Shown piece after piece: positions 36,208 through 47,600 of a stretch of 64,000 nt of DNA. Each line of letters opens with the position of its first letter. Position 1 is the stretch's first letter. Origin of the DNA: Yuukianura sp. NJ FZ-2021 (lineage: Eukaryota); NCBI GenBank assembly GCA_046563655.1, contig CM102286.1, positions 3,472,001 through 3,536,000 on the forward strand, given 5' to 3'. The notes under the pieces were generated by a model that worked only from the letters and a program-made list of their open reading frames with translations, did not search any database and was not told the DNA's origin. Made by a program: the position numbers and the translations under genes.

Positions 36208-36831
36208 ATGAATCTAAAACTTTTTGTTGTAGTTTTTGTCACGTTGGGCACAATTTCTGCTGCTCATGCTCGTTCAGTCTTTCTAGCTTTCTCTGCAAGG
36301 TATTAAAGAAATTTTAACTCCACTTTAAAAAAAGTATTGACTCCTAAATTTTATTTTCAGAAATCTGCCTTCAATGGACATTGCCAATGGGGCTCCAGAT
36401 GCATACGTAATTGTGTTCTACCGAGTAAGTGAATCTTCTCCATATGAAAATCGTGGAGAAACAGACAATATTTCGGATAACCGAAATCCTGATTGGCCAG
36501 AAGTTTTTGAAATTTTCGACAATGGAAATCCAAACCAGGTCTGTCTACCCGTAAAACCTTTCATGAATTTTCACAAATTAACGTTGCATTACAACCAAAT
36601 ATGCCACAACAAAATTGTAATTTTCCAAATACATGGTTTGTTATTATATTTGTTTTTCAGCGAATGAAATTTGAAATGTGGGACTCCGACTCTCCGGATC
36701 CAGATGATTATATGGGCTTTGTGGAACTATTTCTGCAAGAAATTACTGAAGATGCTGACGGTGTAGTAACAAAGAACTTAACTCATGGACAGCCAGGCGG
36801 TGGTCAATTAATTATTAAGAGGCAGTTATAA
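36208..36831 (+). CDS. Small secreted single C2-domain protein
   Basis: Three exons (36208-36299, 36361-36538, 36661-36831) give signal MNLKLFVVVFVTLGTISAAHA. The C2 motifs follow: SARNLPSMD..PDAYV, NPDWPEVF, MKFEMWDSD..DDYMG. Confidence 0.85.
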
Positions 36832-37708
36832 ATTACTAAAATTTGCTAATCTAAAACTAAACTAAAACTAATATTGCCGTCTGTATTGAATTATCCTTCT
36901 TTTGTTCACATCAGTGGAAAGTGACTAATTAATTCTTCATCTGAATTTAAACTTACTAAAGCAAAGCAAAAAAACTAACCTCAAAGCTTTCGCAACACGA
37001 AATGTGAAGGTCAAGGTTTAATAATTAAGTATTAAATTATGCTACGTTTTTTGAGTTGATTCAAATTAGGCTCATGCAAGATCTAACATTTTATAATAAA
37101 TTCACAAAAAAATTGATTTATAAGCATGAAAATTTTTTGCGCATAAATTATAACTATTAAATTCTCTATGGATTTACAAGTACAACTACATCAAAAACCC
37201 GTTTTTTTTTTCTAAAAATCAACTCGTAAGTAACAATTTTTTGAACAAAAAAAATATATTCAAGGTTGAATTCAAGGTAAATTTGTTTTAGACACGTTAA
37301 AACTGAATTTTTGTGTTACAAGTATGTCCAGTTCAGTTGGATATTTCACCGTGTAATCAGTTGATAAAACACATCTTGCAAGTAATAACTTTCTGAAAGT
37401 TGACTATAGGTGTAACTCAAGTACTTGCCAAATTTTGTATTTGTTCAAGGTCAAACGGATTATGGTAAAAGCGATTTCAGTTCTTTTAACAGACATCATC
37501 AAGAAATAAAGAATCTGTTGTCTTTTACGTATCGACTTGAAGGAATCCGAACAGTTCCTACTTGCGTTGCTCGAAATTTCTAAGCTAATTCTCTTCTAAA
37601 ACAAAAAGGAAACAACTTCAAACGCTAATGTTTGTACTGAATAATATTAAAATCTCGTAACTCAATCAGAAATGTTAACTTGGATATAATTTTGTTGTTT
37701 TTTAGAAA

Positions 37709-39444
37709 ATGCTTGCACAAAATCCTCTGGACGCTTTGGTAGTTGGAGCCGGATTTGCAGGAGTACATACGCTTTGGAAATTAAGAAAACTTGGATTTTC
37801 AGTCAAAATTTATGAAAGTGCAAGTGACCTTGGGGGAACTTGGTTTTGGAACAGGTATCCTGGTGCTCGAGTAGACAGTGAAACGCCTGTTTATCAACTG
37901 AGTGAAGAAAAAGAAGGCTGGATTGATTTTGAATGGACACAACGTTTTCCTGGACGCGATGAAATACAACGTTATTTTCACCATTTGGATAAAAAATTGG
38001 ATCTGAGCAAAGACATTGTCTACAACACTGAGGTCACTGAAGCTGCGTTTGATGATTCTTTAAACCTATGGCTCGTCAAAACAAGTACGGGTTTGTCAAC
38101 ATGGGCTCGACATTTGGTCCTTTGTGTTGGGGCTTTAGGAAAACGGTAATATTTCAATAACAAAAAAAAGTATGCTATTTTAATAAAAAAAGTTAATCTA
38201 ATAACAAAAATGCATTATGTTTTTTGCTCAGACACACCCCACCTTTCCCTGGACTGGAAAAGTATAAAGGAAAGTGGTATCATTCTGCATTTTGGCCAGA
38301 AGAAGACGTTGATTTGAAAGGGAAAAAAGTCGCTGTAGTTGGAACAGGAGCCAGCGGTGTTCAAATAGTCCAAGAAATTGGACCAATCGTGGGTCACCTT
38401 ACAGTGTACCAGCGAACCCCAAATCTTGCTCTGCCAATGCGCCAGCGTTTTCTCAAGGATAAAAATCAAAATACTGACAGCATTGCTACCCAGCGTTGGA
38501 AATTTCCAAAGAAAGAGGAATATGAAAACATTTTTCGACATTTGAGAGAAAGTTTTGGCGCTGTTTTGGTCAACATGGATTTTACTGCAAAGGTTTTTGA
38601 AGAGACGCCACCCGAGGAACGGCAACAATTCTATGAGTATTTGTGGGAATATGGCGGATTTGCAATTTGGGTGGGAGGTTTCAAGGAAGTTTTCTTTTCA
38701 CAAAAAGCCAATGACGAAGTCTATGACTTTTGGGCTAAAAAAGTTCGCGCTCGAATTACCGATCCGAAAAAGCGGGACTTGCTGGCACCTTTGACTCCGC
38801 CGCATGCTTTTGGCACTAAACGGCCATCTTTGGAACAAGCTTATTACGAAGTTTACAACCAACCTAATGTAGACTTAATTGATGTCAATGATTCTCCAAT
38901 TGTGGAAATTACTGAACAAGGAATCAAAACGGCCAAAGAAGGTGTAGTTCCTGTAGATGTCATAGCTTTTGCAACTGGATTTGATGCCATAACTGGAGGA
39001 ATTTTGAACATCAAAATCACCAATGGAAAAGGAGCATCACTTGAAGACAAGTGGAAATCACGTCTGGCGGCGTATTTGGGCGTGAGTACTGCTGGGTTTC
39101 CGAATTTGTATTTCTGTTTTGGACCGCAAGCTCCAACAGCATTTGCAAATGGACCAACCTGTGTCGAACTTCAAAGCGACTGGATTGCCGATCTCTTGGT
39201 GAACATGAGAACTGGCGGTAAAGTTAGGATCGAAGCGCTGAAATCTGCTGAAGATCAATGGGTCACTGATGTGAATGACCTTTGGAAAACAAGTTTGTGT
39301 CCTGGAACGAATTCGTGGTACCAGGGAGCCAATATTCCTGGAAAAACAAGGGAGCCCTTAAACTACCTCTGTGGAATTCCAGCTTACATTGAGCATTTGG
39401 AGAAATCTAAGATTAGCAATTACGAAGGTTTTGAATTGTCGTAG
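37709..39444 (+). CDS. Type I Baeyer-Villiger monooxygenase (FAD/NADPH), one intron at about 38146-38230
   Basis: DALVVGAGFAG, GGTWFWNRYPGARVDS, fingerprint YKGKWYHSAFWP (FxGxxxHxxxWP), VAVVGTGASGVQ, QRTPN, FGTKRP, ATGFD and SWYQGANIPGK are all present. Confidence 0.95.
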
Positions 39445-39727
39445 GGCTGGACTGCTTTTTGGACAGCATTACGTGGTTTACTCTTGACCTTGCTTTAAAC
39501 TTACTAAAACGAGTTAAAAAAAATAAATTCAAAAGTTGCTCAACCAGAATTGTGAAGGTCAAGATTTAATAATTTAGCGTTGAATTATTTCATGTTTCCT
39601 GAGTTGACTGGAATTTGGCAAAACGTAAGATTTCATGATGAATTCAAAAAACAAACAACAAAATTTAATGAAGCAGGAAAAAATTTCGCGTAAAAATAAT
39701 TACTAATAAATTCATTTATAATTATAG

Positions 39728-40304
39728 TAGATTTGATTGATGTCAATGACTCCCCAATTGTGGAAATTACAGAACATGGAGTCAAAACGCACAAAGAAGG
39801 CGTGATTCCCGTGGATGTTCTCATTTTGGCAACTGGATTTGACGGTTTGACCGGAGGAATCTTGAACATCAAGATTACCAATGGCAAGGGCTTGTCACTT
39901 CAAGACAAATGGAAATCAGGCACTACCTGTTTTCCGGGTTTGAGTATCGCTTTCCCAAATTTGTATTTTCTCTATGCACAACAAGCCCCGACATGTTTTG
40001 CCAATGCAATGGACCCAATTGTATTGAAATTCAAAGCAACTGGATTTGTGATCTTCTGGTCAGCATGAGATCTAACGGGAAATTTCGAGTTGAAGCTTTG
40101 AAAACTGCTGAAGATGAGTGGGTCAAATTAGTTCGTGAAAATGGGAACAAAATGTTGTGTCCTGCAACTAAATCTTGGTACTGTGGCGCCAACATTCCCG
40201 GGAAAACCAGGGAAGCATTGAACTTTTTCGGTGGCCTTCCAGCTTATGATGAGCATTTGGAGAAATCCAGCAACAACCACTACGAGGGATTCGAGCTGTC
40301 ATGA
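39728..40304 (+). pseudogene. Truncated, frameshifted duplicate of the BVMO gene (3' third only)
   Basis: It starts abruptly at VDLIDVNDSPIVEITE. A 5-nt tandem duplication CAATG CAATG (40002-40011) shifts the frame. It ends YEGFELS* like the intact copy. Confidence 0.9.
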
Positions 40305-41623
40305 AATTTGAAAACGCTAAGTGTTTCATGCCCATTTTTATGTTGATATGACATTTTATCTCTAGTATTTAAGTTTCATCCAAGTGTTTTTAAATTAAGA
40401 TTCAGAAATAAAAAAAATTTTGCTTCCGGTGAAAAAAAAAAAAAAATTTTTTTTGAATAAAATTCAAATTTTGAATCCAAAATCTTAATTTAGAGGTGTT
40501 AATATGAGTTATCTGTCAAACTTTCGTTCGTTGATTTTCAACTTGTTGTTCTTTCTTTTGACTTTGCACATTTCAAGCCAATTCCCATTTCCGAATCGGA
40601 AAATCCGATATCTCTCTGTATGTTTTTAATAAGTTATGTAATAATAATGTTAATAAGTATATGTTTAATAAGTTAATTCCCCATTCTTCTCCAACACAAC
40701 TTTGCATCGTGTTCATAGTCACTATTGTGGTAAAAATTTGAAAAAATGCTTCGAAAGAAAAGGCGCTTTATTCAAAACGTATTTCTATGCTTTTATACTT
40801 TATTTACTGTTTTCGTTCTCGTCAACTTTTTCTGTCTTGCAGGTATGTCCAAAGCTCGGCGAATTTTGGAACTTTGTTCTGTGATTCACTCATCTGCTCA
40901 TTTTCTTACGTTGAATTCGAAGAAATAATGTTCTTAATTAAACTAGTGTTACGAATAAGCAATAATAGTTAATTACCAAGGAATGATTGCTTTAATTAAT
41001 GATTAAACCATAAACATAAACAACCATATAACCTCAGCAAGGCGGAAATCAGAATGAGGGTTTTAGTTTTCTAGTGTGATGGACCCTCGCCGAAAGTATT
41101 TATGATCCTACAAACGTAATATAAATTGCCGAACTCTGCATGCATTTAATACACGCACGTAGGCAAAACCAAACCTTGTTTTGTTTTGTCAAAACTGCGG
41201 ATCGTCCGAAGATAACGTTATTTAGTTAATGGTGTGGTAAGAAGTTATAATTAATTTACCTCAAGAACAATGCAAAAGGAAGAGTGTAATTAATTGTGCA
41301 ATCGAAATGGATAGACATCAGATTAGAATCGAAGGTAAATTGAATTGAATAGAAAATTAGAATCTCTGTCTCGTAGCTTAACAGCGTTGTAAGATCAACT
41401 TGAGTTAAATTACGATTCAATTCAATCGTTTTAAGATTTAAACGTCATTTTAATCTGGCAGATGTCCAAGTATTGGGGACGGGAACCGCTTCCCATAATC
41501 ACTAAACTAGTAATTGAGCTCATTCTCATGTATTTTCTTCAAGAATAGGCTGTCACTGCTAACTTCTAGTCACCACATAACAAGAAGAAATACGGGGGGT
41601 TGATCTCTCTCTAAGCATTCGAG

Positions 41624-44600
41624 ATGTCAGCGGACACCGATACCTCCATGACTGATGAAAGCGGTGAAGAGAGTAAAGTGCTACTGGTACGTCAGCTGAT
41701 TTTTATTTCATACACTGTATGCCATACACATACAGTGTATGCTAAACAGCCTGTAATATTGACGAACATAATCTGTCTATGACTAGGTGCTTTCCAAACT
41801 GGCTGACATCGAAGGTCAAGGCAAATTCGACGATAAGAAATGTCGTGCCGTTTTGGATCTCTGGGATGAATTTTCAACAATTAATCCCGATTTATTCTCC
41901 AGCTATATAGATATATTCAAGCGTTTGGCAAAGTAAGTCATAATTCATCTTACCATCTGATCCAGTTCTCTGTTAGACCAATGTTTTCTCCAATGTAACG
42001 ATACTAGTTAACCTTAATTCAATTCTATTTTCAGAATTGTATCTCGCACGATTCTGGGTGGACTTTGGGCGAAGTTGAGGGAGACAAAGAATGAGAGGTT
42101 ACGCGAAAATACTTCACGGGTTCAAAGGTATCTGGAAAGAGGTCCTGGAGACGCGAAGGCTCATTGCGACGCAATATCGTCGTTACTGGACGCCAGCCCC
42201 TGGACTAAACCAACCGTCCAGGCTATTATGAACTCAAAGGACGACGAATCATCATTGGAGAAAAGTATTTCCTCAGTTTCCATACTTCCAGTAGTATTTT
42301 GTCTTTAATAATTTTTGGCTCAGCAGTAACCAGTATATGTGTTGTTTAGTTGATACCTTGCTCAAGGAAGAGGGGTGGATGCTAATACAATCTCGCTTGG
42401 AAACTCTGACCGGTCTTCCCGAGCAATTACTGGCTGCCTTTACTGAAGCGTGTGTCCTTATAGCTCAAGCACAATCCACCAGCGATGCAATTGACAGCAG
42501 CGATTCATTCCATCATCTACCGCTGGAGAGATACTACGAAATATTAACACTCTTTTGCGTCATAATTGCAAGGAAATGGCAACCAGCTAATAATGTAAGA
42601 GAATTTTAGAAAAAGAAGACGAAATCCACGGAGCACATATAATTATTCTGCGTATTCTTTCAGGATCTTTTACATAGAAAATTGAAGCCATACTTAACTC
42701 AGCCACGCTTAGTCATTGAAGTCGCCAATCGCTTGCTTCAGAAGGAGCAAACATCTCGACTTCAGCCAAGTTGGAAAGGTTGGAAAAGCTGTCAAGACCT
42801 TTGCCTTCCTATTCTGGAAATGGCGATGATTAACTGCAACGAGTCAGAAGTGGAAGAATCAGACTTAAATCATGTGTTCCAGCTGTGTTTGAGCTTTCAC
42901 TATCAAGTCAAACGTCGGCCGTCCAATGGTCTTCCGCTGCTACTTAAAATCGTGCAACCAGCTGATACTCCTGAATCAGTATCGGAATTGGAGAAAGTGC
43001 TTCCAGAGAAACTGAACTTTTTATGCGAAACAGCTGTGAGAAATGAGTACGCGTACAAATATGGGGACTGGGTGGTAGATTTTGTAAGTTAAATACAAAG
43101 ATTACGGACTTTTTAACAAATTATTTGCCTACTAAATAACTCTCGTGAATTTTTAGTATGGACTGAACAAAGCCACACGAGCCAAGTGTGTCGACTTATA
43201 TTTGAGCCGAATATCCATAGATGTGTCAAAACTGCTCACTATGAAGGAATTTGAAGTTGACAAAGACGATGAACAAGAAGAGCGGAAGATATTTGTACAA
43301 CTGAACCAGTCATTGGGAACTGCTTTCAATTCAATAGCAAAATACTTCACTGGCAATCCGCAAGTTACTTTTGAGATACGACTGACCGCCTTTTCTCTAA
43401 ATCCTACCCAGGAAGGATTGGATATTCTCCGCCAAATGACCAGCGATCCAAACTCTCCAATTGATTTAAGAACAAAATTATCTAGAAGTCACAACGAGGG
43501 GCTTGATCTCCCTGTAGGCTTATTTACTGACTTTACCAACATGGTGTTTGCGGCCCGAGTCAACCGGTTGACATGCTTCCGTGACAGTATCGACAACTTT
43601 AGCGAGATGTGCCAACGACATTTGTCCACTGGTGGGAACGATATACGCAGAAGAAGTCAACTGGATTTGGCCAAACCCACTGATTATACTATCTACGAAG
43701 GCCTTCAGCCTGCCTTTGATGAGGACGACATGGGCTATGAAGCTGGTTATTTACCAAATGAAGAGGATTTGGCTGAACTGTACATGGAGGAAGAAACTGG
43801 CCAAAAGCAAAATCGAGTTAGAGAACCAAGGTCACGCATGAACTTCATATACAGTCGAAGGAGACTGATGAAAAAGGCGGCTCTAAATGGGACGGCGATA
43901 TTGGGCAATAAGATCAGGAGGAAACGCTTGAGAGATCAAAGTGACGGGACTATCTTAACTGGACTCAAACCGCAGAAACGAACTTATGTAAGGAAACTGA
44001 AGACTGTGGATGGAGATGAAAAGCCGAAAATAAGAAGACAGTATGGGCGGAGGCGGAAACCGACGGATGGAAGACTGAAAACAAATGACACAAAGCTTTC
44101 AAAAGCCTCACTTCTGAGACTCGGCGGGATGAAACCAGTTATAAAGCTAATCAACTTGAAGGAACAGATACTGACACCGTCCGACGCTGAACCAACAAGT
44201 GAAGCTGTCGCTGCAAAATTAAGACGTGCGAACCGACCTGCCCGGAAACGCAAGGCATCTGTCAGCTCTAACAATTCTGCTGATGCAGCTGAGTCCAATC
44301 AAAGTCGATCGGCATACAAACGCGGAGACATTTCAACATGCGCAATTGTGGCAAGGCAGACAGCTTTTTGCAACAACGGGAAAAGTGGAATTTGGCCATC
44401 AAGTAGATCTGCTGGAATGGTCAACGACCTAATGTGTTTTCCACAACTTCCTACACAGTTTCCAGTGAACGGATCCGAAGTTGAGGGGATGACATATCAT
44501 CTCTCTGCCTCTTTGTATTATGTGCTCAGGGGCCTGAAGCCATTGACCACTGGAAGTATTGAAGCAATTGCTCAGAAGTACACAGACTTAAGTGACATTG

Positions 44601-47600
44601 TGCTAGCGAATCAAAACGTACAACCCATCCATTCCTATTCGCATTCACCGATTGTCTGGCGGAAGTACATGGGAGACAAAATTGAAGTTAATGACAGTCA
44701 AGGCGATGTAGTTCCTGGAGAAACGGAAAAACTGAATGCTAATTTACCTCCAGCGGTAACAAATTCTGTTCTCTCTCTACTATTGCAAGAATCACATAGA
44801 CTGGACCCCGAAGTAGCAGTAGAAGCAGACGTGAACTTTGATCCCGCAACAGTTTCTTCAAGTTTTGATTCTGGAGATATCGCAGACTCTATCTCCAGGG
44901 CAGATGTCAATGCAGAACTGTTCCCCAGCCCAGACCCGGATCCACTGAATCTCCAGTATGAACTTACGTTGCCACCTAGCTCAGTTTCTGTTGCAGTTGC
45001 TTTGAGTGATAGCGGGTGAGATCATCTTTTGTATTTCTCGTTAAACATTTTCTTATCATTTATACATGTAATGTTAATACAATTATGAATAATGCCTGAC
45101 TGTATGAAATTGTTTTGCTTATTAAATAGCGAAAGCTATTTTATAATAGGATTCATGTCTGTCTGTCTGTGCGAAAAAGTGGGGGAACCCACCCCGACTC
45201 TTCCTGGAAGGGGGGTCGAAAAATGGGGGAGGGGCCACCATACATGTAAACCTCGAGTTTTCCTTTTGTACTTTTGTATAGGTGACCTTGACCTTTGACC
45301 TGGGGTTCTGGAGATATAGACCTTAGAAGTTGCATAATGGCGTCGCTCATGCTATTCGCGTCTATAACTCCAGAACCACTGGACCGATTTTCAATCTGTT
45401 TTTCTTCACATTTGCGTTTCACATGTCCCAGGGTTGTCTAATCACAATCAGTGTCCAGCTTGACCGGAGGTTGTCCAGGTCCAGGTCAAACGTCAAGGTC
45501 GAATAATGTATTGACGGAACTCGAAAAAATGGCCTCTAGAAAAGTTGTTTATCTTATTGGGCTGAACAACTTTTGTAAAGGTGTCCTTACCTTGACCTCT
45601 GATCTACGGTTACAGAGATACAGACGAAGTTGCAAAATTGCGTCCCTCGTCCTACTTGGGAAGCATGACTTACTTTATGTTTTTCCCCGAGTCTGTCTGT
45701 CTGTCCGTCTCTCCGTCTGCCTGTCTGCACTATAACCATACCTCCGAAACCCATAGACCGATTTGTAATCTGTCTTCGTAGATCAGTTTGTCATAGCCTG
45801 GGGGGGGGGGGGGTGACTAATACGGTTCCCGTTTGACCGGAAGTGCACAATTTCCTGGTTGTGCACTCTAGCCTCCTCTCGCTACTTACGTATGCCGTTT
45901 ACAATGGTTTATTAAATAGCGAAAGCTATTTAATAATCTGATTCATGTCTGTCTGTCTGTCTGTCCGTCCGTCCGTACCCAGCAATTATCTCGGAACCTA
46001 CCTGACCAATTTTCCCCGGGTTTTCATCAGTGGACATCCCATGACGGCCTCCAGATCAAGTTTGTTTTTGTTTCCGGGTCTATGACCTTTTAATGGGTCA
46101 AAGGTCAAGGTCATTGACCTTTTGAATATAAAACCGGGAAAATGACCCTAACAAAAGTTGTTCCTCTCATTGAGGGGAACAACTTTGGTATATGAACCAT
46201 GGGTCTCTGACCCCTCCAAGGGGGTCAAAAACGGGATCAAAGGTCAACATATTAAAATACACTTTGCATGGGTTAGGCAAGCCGTCTACCTTGCTCATGC
46301 ACATACAAGGCAGAGATCCTAGCCCTGCCGTAATAGCCATTCAACCCAAGAGGACCCACTCCCCCTGGGGGGAACCACCCTACTCCCGGGGGGCGGGAAA
46401 GTGGCGGAGAAGCCCCGCGCCCCCAGGGGTGTGGAGCGAATACGTGGGGTGACACTCCCACTCCCCCCAGGGGGCGGGAAAGTGGTGGAACACCCCCCCC
46501 CCCCGCACTTCCTGCGGTGCGGAGCGAAAAAATGGGGGGAACACGCCCACTCTCCCTGGGTGGGGCGGGAAAGTGGGAAAGTGGGGGGAACCCACCCCCA
46601 CTCCCCGGGGGGAGGGGGCGTGTGAGTGTGGAAAATGGTGGGGAATGTTGGAATGTAGGGGAAACGGGGAAGAATACGGGGAAAAGAGTGAGTACCCACC
46701 CCCCACATTCCCCACCTGGGGGAAAACCATCTATTGGCTTGAGCTATTTCGTTATGTGCGGTTTACAACCGGTTTATTTTCTAATCAAAATCAATTACAT
46801 ACTACTTTCTGGTTTAGGAATGATGCTAACTATAACAGCGAAATATTCGAAAAACTGACGGACATTTTGCCATCATCACTAATTGAGGAGTTGGAGCAGG
46901 GAGCGAAATGGCCTAAAAATTCAGATACTTCATCCAGTAGCATCGCAGCAGTTTGTTACAATTCTACAATGCTTTTGCTTGGAGACAATGATTCAACCAT
47001 CACCATAAGCGATGAAGGTTTGAGCTCGTCAGAATCTGAACTACCAATTGTTGCCCAAGCAGAACGTTATTTTGGACAGAAAACAGAAGAATCTCAAAAT
47101 GACCAGGCTCATACGCTGGAAGATCTCGGGACTGGTAAATCTGAAGATACATTTCTCTCTCCTCGGCCTTGCACATATTCCGTTCCACTTCCATTGCGGC
47201 AAGTAACGAATGAGACTTTCGGAGACTTGGAGGAGCACAATACTGATGTTCTGAAGGAGACAAATATTGAAGAAATCAGCACGAAAATTCAAAAAACAAA
47301 TTACACCGAGGCCGATGAGATAAACCGACAAGACGTGGTGATGCAGACTCTTAGCGAACTTGTTTCTGCTACGTCGTCACCGGAAGTTGGGTCCACAGAT
47401 GATAGCTCTCCAAATCCGATCCAGACCTTTCCGAAAGTCTTGACGGAACCTTGGGATGTCGAGGACAATATGACACCGGCAATCGAGGAGGTGGCAATAC
47501 CGATGGCGGATTGTTCAAGTGAAGCTGAGATTCATAAAGAAATAGTCCCCGAGCCTGTTTCCGAATGTAATCCAAGTATCGAGGAGCTGCGAGATGCTCC

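Noticed and set aside
31953..39444. Bacterial or fungal contamination as the source of cfa and BVMO
   Set aside because: Both carry GT-AG introns of the local style, match the local base composition and are interleaved with animal genes.
46573..46817. First 82 codons of the 861-aa ORF (MGKWGEPTPTPRGEG...)
   Set aside because: This is read-through from the GC-rich intronic element. The real exon starts at the AG acceptor at 46817, which joins in frame to the donor at 45016.
45092..46858. Cluster of Pro/Gly-rich overlapping ORFs
   Set aside because: They arise from G-run and C-run repeats inside the Helentron-like elements and contain no protein motifs.
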